DNA of 64,000 bases. Source: Ignavibacteriales bacterium (GTDB lineage Bacteria; Bacillota; Clostridia; Acetivibrionales; UBA4821). The DNA lies in contig JBLNBO010000022.1 of the NCBI GenBank assembly GCA_050260055.1, positions 207,365 to 271,364 of the forward strand, in the 5' to 3' direction. A program made the position numbers and the translations under genes. Shown here one piece after another: positions 36,504 to 46,037 of the stretch; the first letter of the stretch is position 1, and every line of letters starts with the position of its first letter. The notes under the pieces were generated by a model. The model was not told where the DNA came from. It saw nothing but the letters and a program-made list of their open reading frames with translations, and ran no database searches.

Positions 36504-37580
36504 ATGCCAATAGTTTATGTTCCACTTGGTGAACGTAGTTATAACATACATATATTTGACAGTTTTATCAATCTTGCAGAATCTGCGCTAGCCCCATATA
36601 AAAATTGTAAAATATTAATTGTTGTTGACTCTAATGTAGATAAAGTTTTTTCTGCTCAGTGCATTAAAGAAATTGAAAAAATAGGTGCGTTCCCTTTTAA
36701 GTATGTTTTTCCTGCAGGAGAGGAAAATAAAAATTTAGGGACTGTAAATAATATATTTAAATACTGTTTAAAAAACAAATTTGAGCGTGGAGATGCAATT
36801 ATTGCTCTTGGCGGAGGCGTTACAGGAGATGTTGCAGGTTTTGCCGCAGCTACATATATGAGAGGGATTAATTTTATCCAGATTCCAACAAGCGTTTTGG
36901 CACAATGCGACAGCAGTATTGGCGGTAAGGTTGGAGTCGATTTTGAAGGCGTGAAAAATGTCATAGGTGCTTTCTATCAGCCGAAAGTGGTATATATTAA
37001 TGTATCTGCCTTAAAAACCTTGCCGGAAAGAGAATATTTATCTGGTTTTGGCGAAATTGTTAAACATGCAATAATTAAGGATGAATTATTTTTTAAGTAC
37101 CTTGAAGATAATGTTGATGCACTATATGCAAGAGATACACAGGTCTTATCAACAGTAATTGAAAAAAACTGCAAGATTAAAGCGGAGATAGTTTCAGTTG
37201 ACGAAAGAGAAGATGGGTTAAGAGAGATTTTAAATTTTGGGCATACAATAGGACATGCTATTGAAAGTGAAGGAGATTTTTCTATGCTTCACGGAGAGTG
37301 TGTTTCTGTAGGAATAGTTGCTATATCTAATATTGCAGTAAGGATGGGAATACTCTCAGTAAATGATTTTAATCGAATAGTTAAGCTTCTTCAAAAGCTA
37401 AAACTACCTGTTATATGTAAGGGACTTGATGTTGAGGATATATATTCTCTAATGAAGTTGGATAAAAAAGTTAAAAAGGGAAGAATAAACTTCATAGTTC
37501 CAGTAAAAATTGGAGAAGTGCGAATAACGTCAAATATTGATGAGAATATTATAAAAGAAGCTATACACGATGTCTTGTAG
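36504..37580 (+). CDS. aroB: 3-dehydroquinate synthase
   Basis: GGGVTGD, DSSIGGK, KN.IGAF.QP, LNFGHTIGHAIE, HGE. Confidence 0.96.
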   Translation: MPIVYVPLGERSYNIHIFDSFINLAESALAPYKNCKILIVVDSNVDKVFSAQCIKEIEKIGAFPFKYVFPAGEENKNLGTVNNIFKYCLKNKFERGDAIIALGGGVTGDVAGFAAATYMRGINFIQIPTSVLAQCDSSIGGKVGVDFEGVKNVIGAFYQPKVVYINVSALKTLPEREYLSGFGEIVKHAIIKDELFFKYLEDNVDALYARDTQVLSTVIEKNCKIKAEIVSVDEREDGLREILNFGHTIGHAIESEGDFSMLHGECVSVGIVAISNIAVRMGILSVNDFNRIVKLLQKLKLPVICKGLDVEDIYSLMKLDKKVKKGRINFIVPVKIGEVRITSNIDENIIKEAIHDVL

Positions 37581-37685
37581 ACATTGACAAAGAAATATTA
37601 AAATGATAGTTTTTTTGTACAACTCACCTCTAGCACCTCTCTAGATAGAGAAGCTAGGAGAAGACAATGAGTAAAAAATATAATA

Positions 37686-37804
37686 AAAAAACGGCAGAAG
37701 CGAGGAGAACAAGGAAGATTAGGAAAGAGCAGCGGAGCGTATTTTTATACGTGAGCAGCGAAAGACGAAATCTGACACAGTAATCCGACGCTTATTGCGT
37801 TTTT
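37686..37804 (-). repeat. Palindromic ~120-nt repeat family, copy 2 (inverted)
   Basis: Reverse complement ataagcgtcgg..actgtgtcag...tgctcacgtata..atacgctccgc...ccttgttct.ctcgcttctg. Confidence 0.75.
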
Positions 37805-37822
37805 GTTAAGGAGATGATACTA

Positions 37823-39010
37823 ATGGACAAGTTTATATACATGGATCATTCTGCTACAACGCCGGTTAAAAAAGAAGTATTGGATGAAATGCTGCCTTAT
37901 TTTAGCGAGAAATTTGGCAATCCTTCTTCTATATATTCAATTGGTAGAGAAAGCAAGAAAGCCATTGAGGAAGCTAGGGAAAAAACAGCAAAATCCCTTG
38001 GGGCGAATCCAAGCGAAATCTATTTTACTTCCGGGGGAAGTGAATCAGATAACTGGGCAATTAAAGGTGTTGCTTATGCAAATAAATCTAAAGGTAATCA
38101 TATAATAACTTCCTGCATTGAGCACCATGCTGTTCTAAATACATGTAAGTTCCTTGAAAATGATGGTTTTGAGGTTACTTATTTGCCGGTTGATTCTGAG
38201 GGATTGATTTCAATTGAAGATTTAAAGAGGGCAATCAAACCTGAAACCATCCTCGTTTCAATAATGTTTGCGAATAATGAGATAGGTACAATTCAACCTA
38301 TTAAAGAAATTGGTGAAATCACAAGAGAGAAAGGAATATATTTTCATACTGATGCGGTTCAAGCCATTGGAAATGTAAGAATTGATGTTCAAGATATGAA
38401 AATTGACTTACTTTCGCTCTCTGCACATAAATTCTACGGACCTAAAGGAATAGGAGCTTTATATATAAAAAAGAATGTCAAGATTTCTTCATTTATTCAA
38501 GGAGGAGGTCAAGAAAGAGGAAGAAGGGCAAGTACTGAAAATGTAGCTGGTATTGTAGGTTTAGGTAAAGCAATTGAGATTGCATCAAACAATGTTGAAA
38601 ACTATAATGCTAAACTTCTTAAACTTAGAAAAATGCTTATTGATGGTATCATTGGAACAGTACCTTTTGTAAGAATAAATGGACATCCGGAAAAAAGGCT
38701 TCCAGGAAACGCAAACTTTTCATTTCAATTTATTGAAGGAGAATCATTACTCTTAATGCTTGATATGAAAGGAATTGCAGGTTCAAGCGGTTCAGCTTGT
38801 TCATCCGGTTCACTTGACCCATCACATGTTTTATTAGGAATAGGGTTAACCCATGAAATTGCGCATGGCTCGCTAAGGCTTACTTTAGGAGAGTGCAATA
38901 CCGAAGAAGATATAAATTATGTTTTACAAACTATACCTCCAATAGTTGAGAGGTTGCGTGAAATGTCCCCATTATATGAAAAAATATTAAGAGGTGAAAA
39001 AAATGTATAG
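37823..39010 (+). CDS. iscS: Cysteine desulfurase IscS/NifS
   Basis: DHSATTP, GNPSS, HTDAVQ, SAHK, SGSACSS. Confidence 0.96.
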   Translation: MDKFIYMDHSATTPVKKEVLDEMLPYFSEKFGNPSSIYSIGRESKKAIEEAREKTAKSLGANPSEIYFTSGGSESDNWAIKGVAYANKSKGNHIITSCIEHHAVLNTCKFLENDGFEVTYLPVDSEGLISIEDLKRAIKPETILVSIMFANNEIGTIQPIKEIGEITREKGIYFHTDAVQAIGNVRIDVQDMKIDLLSLSAHKFYGPKGIGALYIKKNVKISSFIQGGGQERGRRASTENVAGIVGLGKAIEIASNNVENYNAKLLKLRKMLIDGIIGTVPFVRINGHPEKRLPGNANFSFQFIEGESLLLMLDMKGIAGSSGSACSSGSLDPSHVLLGIGLTHEIAHGSLRLTLGECNTEEDINYVLQTIPPIVERLREMSPLYEKILRGEKNV

Positions 39011-39440
39011 TCAAAAAGTAATGGACCATTTTTCAAACCCTAGAAATGTAGGGGAAATTGAAAATGCAGATGGAATAGGTGAAGTTGGGAATGCAAAATG
39101 TGGAGATATAATGAAAATGTATCTTAAAATAGAGAATGACATAATCGTTGATGCAAAATTCAAAACCTTTGGATGCGGCGCAGCTGTGGCAACAAGCAGT
39201 ATGGCTACTGAATTAGTAAAAGGGAAAACTATTGAAGAGGCATTAAAGCTTACAAATCAAGCAGTTGCTGAGGCTTTGGATGGGCTTCCTCCAGTTAAAA
39301 TGCATTGCTCGAATCTTGCAGAAGAAGCAATTAAGACAGCGATAGATGATTATCTTGTAAAATCAGGGCGCAAGCCGCTTACTTCTGGCTGCCCAGGCTG
39401 TTGTAATAAGTGCCATTGTGATGATGAAGGGTGCGAATAA
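39003..39440 (+). CDS. nifU: Fe-S scaffold NifU/IscU with Cys-rich tail
   Basis: YS.KVMDHF.NPRNVG, CGD, FGCG, KMHCS. Confidence 0.95.
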   Translation: MYSQKVMDHFSNPRNVGEIENADGIGEVGNAKCGDIMKMYLKIENDIIVDAKFKTFGCGAAVATSSMATELVKGKTIEEALKLTNQAVAEALDGLPPVKMHCSNLAEEAIKTAIDDYLVKSGRKPLTSGCPGCCNKCHCDDEGCE

Positions 39441-39493
39441 CATGGTAAGGGAAGCTCGGTAAACCTCCATAAATTGAAGAAAGGATTTCAATT

Positions 39494-40561
39494 TTGAATA
39501 AATCAGTTATGATTGGGATGAGCGGAGGCGTAGATAGTTCGGTTGCAGCCGCTCTTTTGGTACAAAAAGGGTATAATGTTGTTGGTGTAACAATGAAACT
39601 TTGGGACGATGACAAGCAGGTTTCAGATTCCATGTGCTGTTCTCTTGATGCAGTTAATGATGCAAAAAGAGTTGCAGATATGATTGGTATTCCTCATTAT
39701 GTTCTTAATCTGAAAGATGAGTTTCAAACACATGTAATTAATTATTTTATGGACGAATATGCTTTGGGCCATACTCCAAATCCATGTATTGCATGCAATA
39801 AGAAAATAAAATTTGATTTATTTCTTAAGAAAGCAAATGCAATGGGAATTGATTATATAGCAACAGGACATTATGCAAAGGCAGAATATAATGAAAAAAT
39901 AAAAAGGTGGATTCTAAAAAAGTCTAAGGAAAAATCAAAAGATCAGACATATGTTTTATATGGACTAACTCAAGAGCAATTAGAGCATACTCTTTTTCCG
40001 TTAAGTGAATTTGACTCAAAAGAAGAGGTTAGAAAAATTGCAGAGAAACTGGGTCTAAGGGTTGCAAATAAACCTGAGAGCCAAGAAATTTGTTTTGTTG
40101 AAGGAAACTACGGAGATTTTATTGAGAGTAAACGCCCGGGAATTTCCAAATCGGGTGATTTTGTAGATGTTACTGGCAGGGTTCTAGGAAGGCATAAAGG
40201 ATTAATACACTATACTATAGGGCAAAGAAAAGGACTTGGAATAGCTTTGGGAAAACCAATGTTTGTTACTGCAATTGATACTGAAAAAAATCAGGTTATT
40301 TTGGGCGACGAAAGCAGAATTTTCTCTGATGAGTTGATTGCTGCAGATATTAATTTAATAGCTGTAGATAAAATTGAGAAAGAGATGGAAGTAAAAGCAA
40401 AAGTTAGGTATCTGGCAAAAGAATCTTGCGCTTGTATTAGCCCGTTGGAAAACGGGCAAATCAAAGTTAAATTTGAAGAAAAACAGAGGGCTATTACGCC
40501 AGGGCAGGCAGTGGTATTTTATAAGGATGATGTAGTAATCGGCGGCGGCACTATAATATGA
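39494..40561 (+). CDS. mnmA: tRNA 2-thiouridylase
   Basis: SGGVDS, NPCIACN, ATGHY, KDQTY, ESQEICF, TPGQ. Confidence 0.97.
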   Translation: MNKSVMIGMSGGVDSSVAAALLVQKGYNVVGVTMKLWDDDKQVSDSMCCSLDAVNDAKRVADMIGIPHYVLNLKDEFQTHVINYFMDEYALGHTPNPCIACNKKIKFDLFLKKANAMGIDYIATGHYAKAEYNEKIKRWILKKSKEKSKDQTYVLYGLTQEQLEHTLFPLSEFDSKEEVRKIAEKLGLRVANKPESQEICFVEGNYGDFIESKRPGISKSGDFVDVTGRVLGRHKGLIHYTIGQRKGLGIALGKPMFVTAIDTEKNQVILGDESRIFSDELIAADINLIAVDKIEKEMEVKAKVRYLAKESCACISPLENGQIKVKFEEKQRAITPGQAVVFYKDDVVIGGGTII

Positions 40562-40680
40562 TAATGTGATAAGCTGCGCATTGCTGTGTTGCTCATCGGT
40601 CTCGATGTTCTCACATATCGGATATATGCTCCGAGCATCTCGCCTTGAGCGCCTTGCACTACTAGCTTCTGACATTATCA
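40559..40680 (+). repeat. Palindromic ~120-nt repeat family, copy 3 (starts at the mnmA TGA stop)
   Basis: tgataatgtgataagc...ctcacatat..atatgctccg...gcttctgacattatca. Confidence 0.8.
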
Positions 40681-40689
40681 TCAAGTTAT

Positions 40690-40907
40690 TGACGTGATAA
40701 GCTTCGCATAACTGTGTTACTCATCGGTCTCGATGTTTTCACGTATAGAATGTATGCTCCGCGCACCAGTTACCTCAAACACTAACGCGTAACGCTTTAG
40801 AGGAAAGCATTAGAAGGGGGTGACAGGATGCAAAGCATCCGTCATGTAGGGGGAATGCCCCCTATGAAAGACCAAGTGCCTTGTTCTGCTTGCTTCTAAC
40901 ACTTTCA
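40690..40907 (+). repeat. Palindromic repeat family, copy 4, interrupted by a ~100-nt insert
   Basis: tgacgtgataagcttcgcataactgtgtt...tatgctccgc [insert ~40766-40866] ...gccttgttctgcttgcttctaacactttca. Confidence 0.7.
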
Positions 40908-40979
40908 TGGTAATTTCGATTATTATTGCAAGCGTATTATGCTTTAATTTGTAATATGTAAAAAGAGAAGAGGGATTTT

Positions 40980-41741
40980 ATGGGGCTTATTAAAGGGATT
41001 AAAGATAGAGATCCTGCTGCCAGGAATGCACTTGAAGTAATTCTCTTGTATCCTGGATTTCATGCAGTAATTTTACATAGACCTGCCCATTTCTTCTATA
41101 AAATAAAATGTTTCTTTTTAGCAAGGCTGATTTCTCAATTATCCAGATTCTTAACAGGTATTGAGATTCATCCGGGTGCTAAAATAGGTAAAAATCTTTT
41201 TATAGATCATGGATCAGGTGTTGTTATTGGAGAAACTACAGAGATAGGGGATAATGTTACTATTTATCAGGGGGCAACTCTTGGAGGAACCGGAAAAGAT
41301 AAAGGAAAGAGACATCCTACCATCGGAAATAATGTTCTTATTAGTACCGGTGCTAAAGTTTTAGGGCCGTTCAAGGTTGGAGATAATGCTAAAGTAGGAG
41401 CAAATGCGGTTATATTGGCAGAGGTCCCGCCAAATACTACTGTTGTAGGTGTCTGGAAAGGCGAAAATATAAAGAAATCGTTGGATTTTGACTGTTTAAA
41501 ATGCAAACACTTTGTTGTTTCAACAGATAAATTTGACTTAAATGTAAAAGATAAAAAGATGAATGTATATACAAGTGAAACTGATGAAAAGGTCACAATT
41601 AATTTGGTTATTGATAAGGGTGAAGAGCCTGCGAAGGAGATTTGCAAAGAGGTTCTAAGAGATTTGCATATAGACTGTCCACAGGATTGTGATGGATGTC
41701 CATCGTGTAAAGAAGGATTGCATTTTAACCCGAATGATTAA
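40980..41741 (+). CDS. cysE: Serine O-acetyltransferase with Cys-rich C-terminal extension
   Basis: [26 protein letters not shown]...RHPT hexapeptide repeats. Confidence 0.92.
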   Translation: MGLIKGIKDRDPAARNALEVILLYPGFHAVILHRPAHFFYKIKCFFLARLISQLSRFLTGIEIHPGAKIGKNLFIDHGSGVVIGETTEIGDNVTIYQGATLGGTGKDKGKRHPTIGNNVLISTGAKVLGPFKVGDNAKVGANAVILAEVPPNTTVVGVWKGENIKKSLDFDCLKCKHFVVSTDKFDLNVKDKKMNVYTSETDEKVTINLVIDKGEEPAKEICKEVLRDLHIDCPQDCDGCPSCKEGLHFNPND

Positions 41742-41754
41742 AGGAGATAAAATT

Positions 41755-43134
41755 ATGAAATTATATAATACATTTACAAAACAAAAAGAAGAATTCAAAC
41801 CATTATCCGGTAATCAAGTACGCATGTATTCCTGCGGTCCAACAGTTTATTTATTTGCGCATATAGGTAATCTAAGAGCATTCATTTTTGCTGATATTCT
41901 AAGAAGGGTATTGAAGTATAATGGCTATGATATAAAACATGTTATGAATATAACCGATGTTGGTCATCTGCGTTCTGATGCAGACGAAGGCGAAGATAAA
42001 ATGCTCAAATCTGCTAGGGAGCAAAAAAAGACTCCTTGGGAAATTGCTGAATATTATACTGAGGCTTTCCTGGGAGATACGAAAAAGCTCAATATTGAAA
42101 GGCCGGAGGTTGTATGCAAAGCAACCGAGCATATTCCGGAGATGATTGAATTTGTAGAAGGTTTGGTTAAAAAGGGTTATGGATATGAGATAAACGATGG
42201 AATATACTATGATATTTCCAAGTTCAAGGAGTATGGAAAATTATCAGGGGCTTCTCTAGAAGACCAGCTTGCCGGAGCAAGGGTTGAAGTTAATGATGAA
42301 AAGAGAAACCCAGCTGATTTTGCATTATGGAAGAAGGCTGAGAAAGAGCATATTATGCAATGGGCAAGTCCTTGGGGACAAGGCTTTCCAGGGTGGCACA
42401 TAGAATGCTCTGCAATGAGCAGAAAATACCTTGGTGAACAATTTGATATTCATACTGGCGGTGTTGACCATATTCCGATTCATCATGAAAATGAAATTGC
42501 TCAATCACAAGGATTAACAGGGAAAAATCCAGCTAATTTCTGGGCACACAACGAGTTCCTTTTAGTTGATGGCGGGAAAATGTCAAAGAGCCTTGGAAAT
42601 ACATATACTATTTCTGAGTTAGAAGAAAAGGGGTTCGACCCTCTTGCTTTCAGGATGCTTAACTTTAATGCACATTACAGAAATAAATTAAATTTTACCT
42701 GGGAGAGCTTAAAATCAGCGCAAAATTCTCTTGAAAAAATAAGAGAAGGAATTATTGCTCATCAGAATGGAACTGAAAAGATTAATGAAAAGGAAATAGA
42801 GGAGCTTAGGCAGGAGTTCATTAATGAAATAAACGATGACTTGAATATTCCAAATGCTATGGCAGTTGTCTGGAAAATTATAAAGGATTCCAGAAAATCA
42901 AAACAATTCAGGGAGCTCCTTGTTGATTTTGATAAAGTTCTTGGGCTCAAGCTGGATGAGGTTAAGGCTAAAGAGGAGGAAGTTCCTCTAGAGGTTTCAA
43001 AATTGGTGGAAGAGAGACAACAGGCAAGGAGTCAGAAAAATTGGAAGTTGTCTGATGAATTAAGGGATAAGATAAAAGACCTTGGTTATGTGGTAGAGGA
43101 TACTGCTCAGGGCGTAAAGGTAAAAAGGAGCTAA
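41755..43134 (+). CDS. cysS: Cysteine--tRNA ligase
   Basis: CGPTVY..HIGN, PGWHIECS, HHENE, KMSKS; RBS aaggag before ATG 41755. Confidence 0.97.
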   Translation: MKLYNTFTKQKEEFKPLSGNQVRMYSCGPTVYLFAHIGNLRAFIFADILRRVLKYNGYDIKHVMNITDVGHLRSDADEGEDKMLKSAREQKKTPWEIAEYYTEAFLGDTKKLNIERPEVVCKATEHIPEMIEFVEGLVKKGYGYEINDGIYYDISKFKEYGKLSGASLEDQLAGARVEVNDEKRNPADFALWKKAEKEHIMQWASPWGQGFPGWHIECSAMSRKYLGEQFDIHTGGVDHIPIHHENEIAQSQGLTGKNPANFWAHNEFLLVDGGKMSKSLGNTYTISELEEKGFDPLAFRMLNFNAHYRNKLNFTWESLKSAQNSLEKIREGIIAHQNGTEKINEKEIEELRQEFINEINDDLNIPNAMAVVWKIIKDSRKSKQFRELLVDFDKVLGLKLDEVKAKEEEVPLEVSKLVEERQQARSQKNWKLSDELRDKIKDLGYVVEDTAQGVKVKRS

Positions 43135-43221
43135 AAAGCTCCTTTTTACGTGAGAATTAAGTACTTCTAATCTTTTCGCTTTTCAAAGTTCTTTCCTCTC
43201 TCCCAAAATATTAATTCTACA

Positions 43222-43268
43222 TTGACACGAATATTATTATATTATAATATAGTAATATAATAATATTC
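43222..43268 (+). promoter_or_regulatory. Sigma-A promoter overlapped by a 16-bp inverted-repeat operator (probable ArsR site)
   Basis: TTGACA at 43222; gaatattattatatta-8 nt-taatataataatattc. Confidence 0.55.
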
Positions 43269-43280
43269 TCGGAGGTTAAT

Positions 43281-43568
43281 ATGAGATCAATCAAAGAAAG
43301 TTTTGAAGAAAAAGCAGAAATCTTCAGCTTACTTTCAAACCCAATAAGAATATGTATTGCATTCAGCCTTTTTATGAAGGGGCCTAGTACCGTAAGTGAA
43401 ATTCAAGGTTGTGCAAATGTTCCTCAATCCAGTGTTTCACAGCATTTAGCAAAACTAAAATCAGGCGGCATTGTGAAAGCTAAAAGACATGGAAATGAAA
43501 TGCATTATGAATTAGTTAATGAGGATGTTAAAGCATTATTAAAGCTGATTTTTGCTGAACATTTATAA
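43281..43568 (+). CDS. ArsR/SmtB-family transcriptional regulator
   Basis: LSNPIRI, V.EI, QSSVSQHLAKLK..GIV...R.G...Y. Confidence 0.92.
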   Translation: MRSIKESFEEKAEIFSLLSNPIRICIAFSLFMKGPSTVSEIQGCANVPQSSVSQHLAKLKSGGIVKAKRHGNEMHYELVNEDVKALLKLIFAEHL

Positions 43569-43593
43569 TATCAAAAAGAAAGGAAGATAGTGA

Positions 43594-43788
43594 ATGAAAG
43601 AATTAACGGTAATGAATGAAAGGTGCCCTCAAAACCATCCTTGCCCTTCAATAAAAGTTTGCCCTGTTGGAGCACTTAAACAAAAAGGCTTTAATGCTCC
43701 CACGGTTGATAATGAAGCCTGTATCAAGTGCGGGAAATGTGCTCTATACTGTCCTATGAGGGCATTGCAGATGAAAGAGCAATCATAG
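43594..43788 (+). CDS. Small 4Fe-4S ferredoxin-like protein
   Basis: CPQNHPC....VCPVGAL and CIKCGKC...CP motifs. Confidence 0.88.
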   Translation: MKELTVMNERCPQNHPCPSIKVCPVGALKQKGFNAPTVDNEACIKCGKCALYCPMRALQMKEQS

Positions 43789-43864
43789 ATTTGAAACCAT
43801 TAAGTTAAAATGATAGAATTTTAATTAAATCAAGCTGCAAATAATTTTTTCGGAAAGGATAATT

Positions 43865-44716
43865 ATGAACGAAATAACCATTTCTAATTCTGCAAAGATT
43901 AATCTTTACCTTGATGTAGTTGGCAAGAGGCCGGATGGCTATCATGAGCTGCAAATGGTTATGCAAAAGATAAGCCTTTATGATGAAATTTATGTTTCAA
44001 AAGTTAAGTCAGGAATTGAAGTAACTTGCGACAAGGAGCATATACCAACAGGTGAAAAAAATATTGCGTATAAAGCAGCAAAAATGTTTAAAGATAAGCT
44101 TGATATTAAAGACGGAGTGAAGATTCATATCAATAAGAAGATTCCAGATGGTGCTGGATTAGGAGGTGGAAGCTCGGATGCTTCTGCTGTTTTGATGGCC
44201 ATGAATGAACTTTTTGAAATGTATCTTCAAAAAGAAGAATTGATTGACATTGGTAAAGCAGTTGGGGCGGATGTTCCATTTGGATTGTTTTACGGGACAG
44301 CTCTTGCAGAAGGAATAGGGGAGAAACTTACAAGAATTAAAATGAATGCAAGACCTTATGTTGTTTTAGTTAAGCCTGAGTTTAGTGTTTCAACTGCCAA
44401 TGTTTACAGCCGATATAAGGTTCATAAAAGGCCGGAGCAGTTTAGTGTTGAAGGTATAATTAAAGCACTGGATACTGGGGATATTAATGATATTGGAAAG
44501 AATCTTTACAATTCGCTAGAAACAGTTACTTGTATAGATTTTCCTGAAATAAATGATATAAAGCAAAAACTTATTGAGCAAGGAGCAAAAGGTTCATTAA
44601 TGTCTGGAAGCGGCTCGGCGGTTTTCGGAATTTTTGATGACCGTCAGTTTGCTGAAATAAGCTGCTCAGTATTTAAAGAAAAAAACAAGCAAGTATTCTT
44701 AGTAGAGCTAGTTTAA
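43865..44716 (+). CDS. ispE: 4-diphosphocytidyl-2-C-methyl-D-erythritol kinase
   Basis: AKINLYL, DGYH, IPDGAGLGGGSSD, GADVPF, MSGSGS. Confidence 0.96.
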   Translation: MNEITISNSAKINLYLDVVGKRPDGYHELQMVMQKISLYDEIYVSKVKSGIEVTCDKEHIPTGEKNIAYKAAKMFKDKLDIKDGVKIHINKKIPDGAGLGGGSSDASAVLMAMNELFEMYLQKEELIDIGKAVGADVPFGLFYGTALAEGIGEKLTRIKMNARPYVVLVKPEFSVSTANVYSRYKVHKRPEQFSVEGIIKALDTGDINDIGKNLYNSLETVTCIDFPEINDIKQKLIEQGAKGSLMSGSGSAVFGIFDDRQFAEISCSVFKEKNKQVFLVELV

Positions 44717-44775
44717 ATTTATTCAAATATTTAATAATAGAAAGTTGATAGTATTATTTAAATCAAATTATTTAT

Positions 44776-44923
44776 AAAAGAAAAAATGATTCGCGAGTAT
44801 AAATTCACAGCCATAAAAGAATACATCTAAGCTGGATGTTTCGAGTCTTACTATTTAGAAAGGACCTCAGAAATATTCAGCGATGCTGTCTGAATTTATA
44901 TGAGTAAATTTGTTTTTTCTTTT
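44776..44923. repeat. Long imperfect intergenic hairpin element
   Basis: aaaagaaaaaa/ttttttctttt and tataaattca.cagc/gctg..tgaatttata arms. Confidence 0.4.
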
Positions 44924-44969
44924 AATTTTCTTATTAAATCTATTGGAATCCCGCTCTTTTTTGTTGTAC

Positions 44970-44998
44970 TCATAGACTCAATATCCCCAGCATAAAAT
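44970..44998 (+). promoter_or_regulatory. Putative mother-cell (sigma-E-type) promoter
   Basis: TCATA, then 16 nt, then CATAAAAT, upstream of a CotS-family gene. Confidence 0.45.
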
Positions 44999-45022
44999 TA
45001 ATTATGAACTGGGGGTATGTGA

Positions 45023-46021
45023 ATGATTATATCTGATGCAGTGCAGCTTAGTGAGCGTTTTGGATTTCAAGGTGATGCAAGTGTCGTTAGAGATATGTGT
45101 AGAGTTCTGACATCAAAAGGGCAGATATGTATAAAAAAGGTAGGATACGGCATTGATAGGCTGATTTTTATACATAATGCTAAAGAATATCTGGTTAGAA
45201 ATGGATTCAATCTGATTGATAGATTCTATTCTTCTCCTGATGGCAATCCATATATTGTTTTAAATGAAGAAGTATTTGTTGCTGTCGATTGGATAAATGG
45301 AAGAGAATGCGACTTTAAGAAACAGGAAGATGTCAGAATTGCAGCCCAAACACTTGCAAATTTCCATAATGGAGTTGAAGGATATATTCCTGCGACAGGC
45401 ACTAAATCGCGCGATGAACTGGGATTACTCCCAGCTACTCTTAAAAAGAGAAGCGAAGAATTAATAAGGTTAAAGAAAGTAGCACAAAAAAGCAGAAATA
45501 GATTTGATTTTTTATTTATTGATAATGTGGATTTTTTTATTGAAAAGAGTCTTTCATCAATAGAAGTAATGTATTCTCCAGCTTATTCAAGAATTGTTGA
45601 AAAAGCAAAAGAAAATAAAGAATACTGCCATAGGGATTATTCATTTCATAATCTCGCGTTCGACAGCAATGAAAATCTTCATTTGCAAAACTTTGATTAT
45701 TTTTGTGCTGAAGTAAAGATATATGATGTTGCAAGCTTTCTACGAAAAATCATGGGTGAATATAATTGGAATGTTGATGTTGCATTACGGGTTGTAAATT
45801 GGTATGATACAATCAGCAAAATTGATAAGGATGAAATAGCTGCACTTGTTGCATTGATGGAGTTTCCACAGAAATTCTGGAGAATTGCAAATCGCTATTA
45901 TAACAGCAGAAGAACGCGCCCAGAAAACGGTTTTTATAATAAGCTAATGGACGTAATTCGAGAAAAAGAAGTTTACAGGGATTTTACTACAAAGTTTAAG
46001 AACCAGTTAGGAATGCATTAA
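45023..46021 (+). CDS. CotS-family spore coat protein (kinase-like fold)
   Basis: WINGRECDF, LANFH, CHRD...HN, FD, FPQKFWRI..RYY. Confidence 0.88.
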   Translation: MIISDAVQLSERFGFQGDASVVRDMCRVLTSKGQICIKKVGYGIDRLIFIHNAKEYLVRNGFNLIDRFYSSPDGNPYIVLNEEVFVAVDWINGRECDFKKQEDVRIAAQTLANFHNGVEGYIPATGTKSRDELGLLPATLKKRSEELIRLKKVAQKSRNRFDFLFIDNVDFFIEKSLSSIEVMYSPAYSRIVEKAKENKEYCHRDYSFHNLAFDSNENLHLQNFDYFCAEVKIYDVASFLRKIMGEYNWNVDVALRVVNWYDTISKIDKDEIAALVALMEFPQKFWRIANRYYNSRRTRPENGFYNKLMDVIREKEVYRDFTTKFKNQLGMH

Positions 46022-46037
46022 AAAACTAAGGAGTGAC

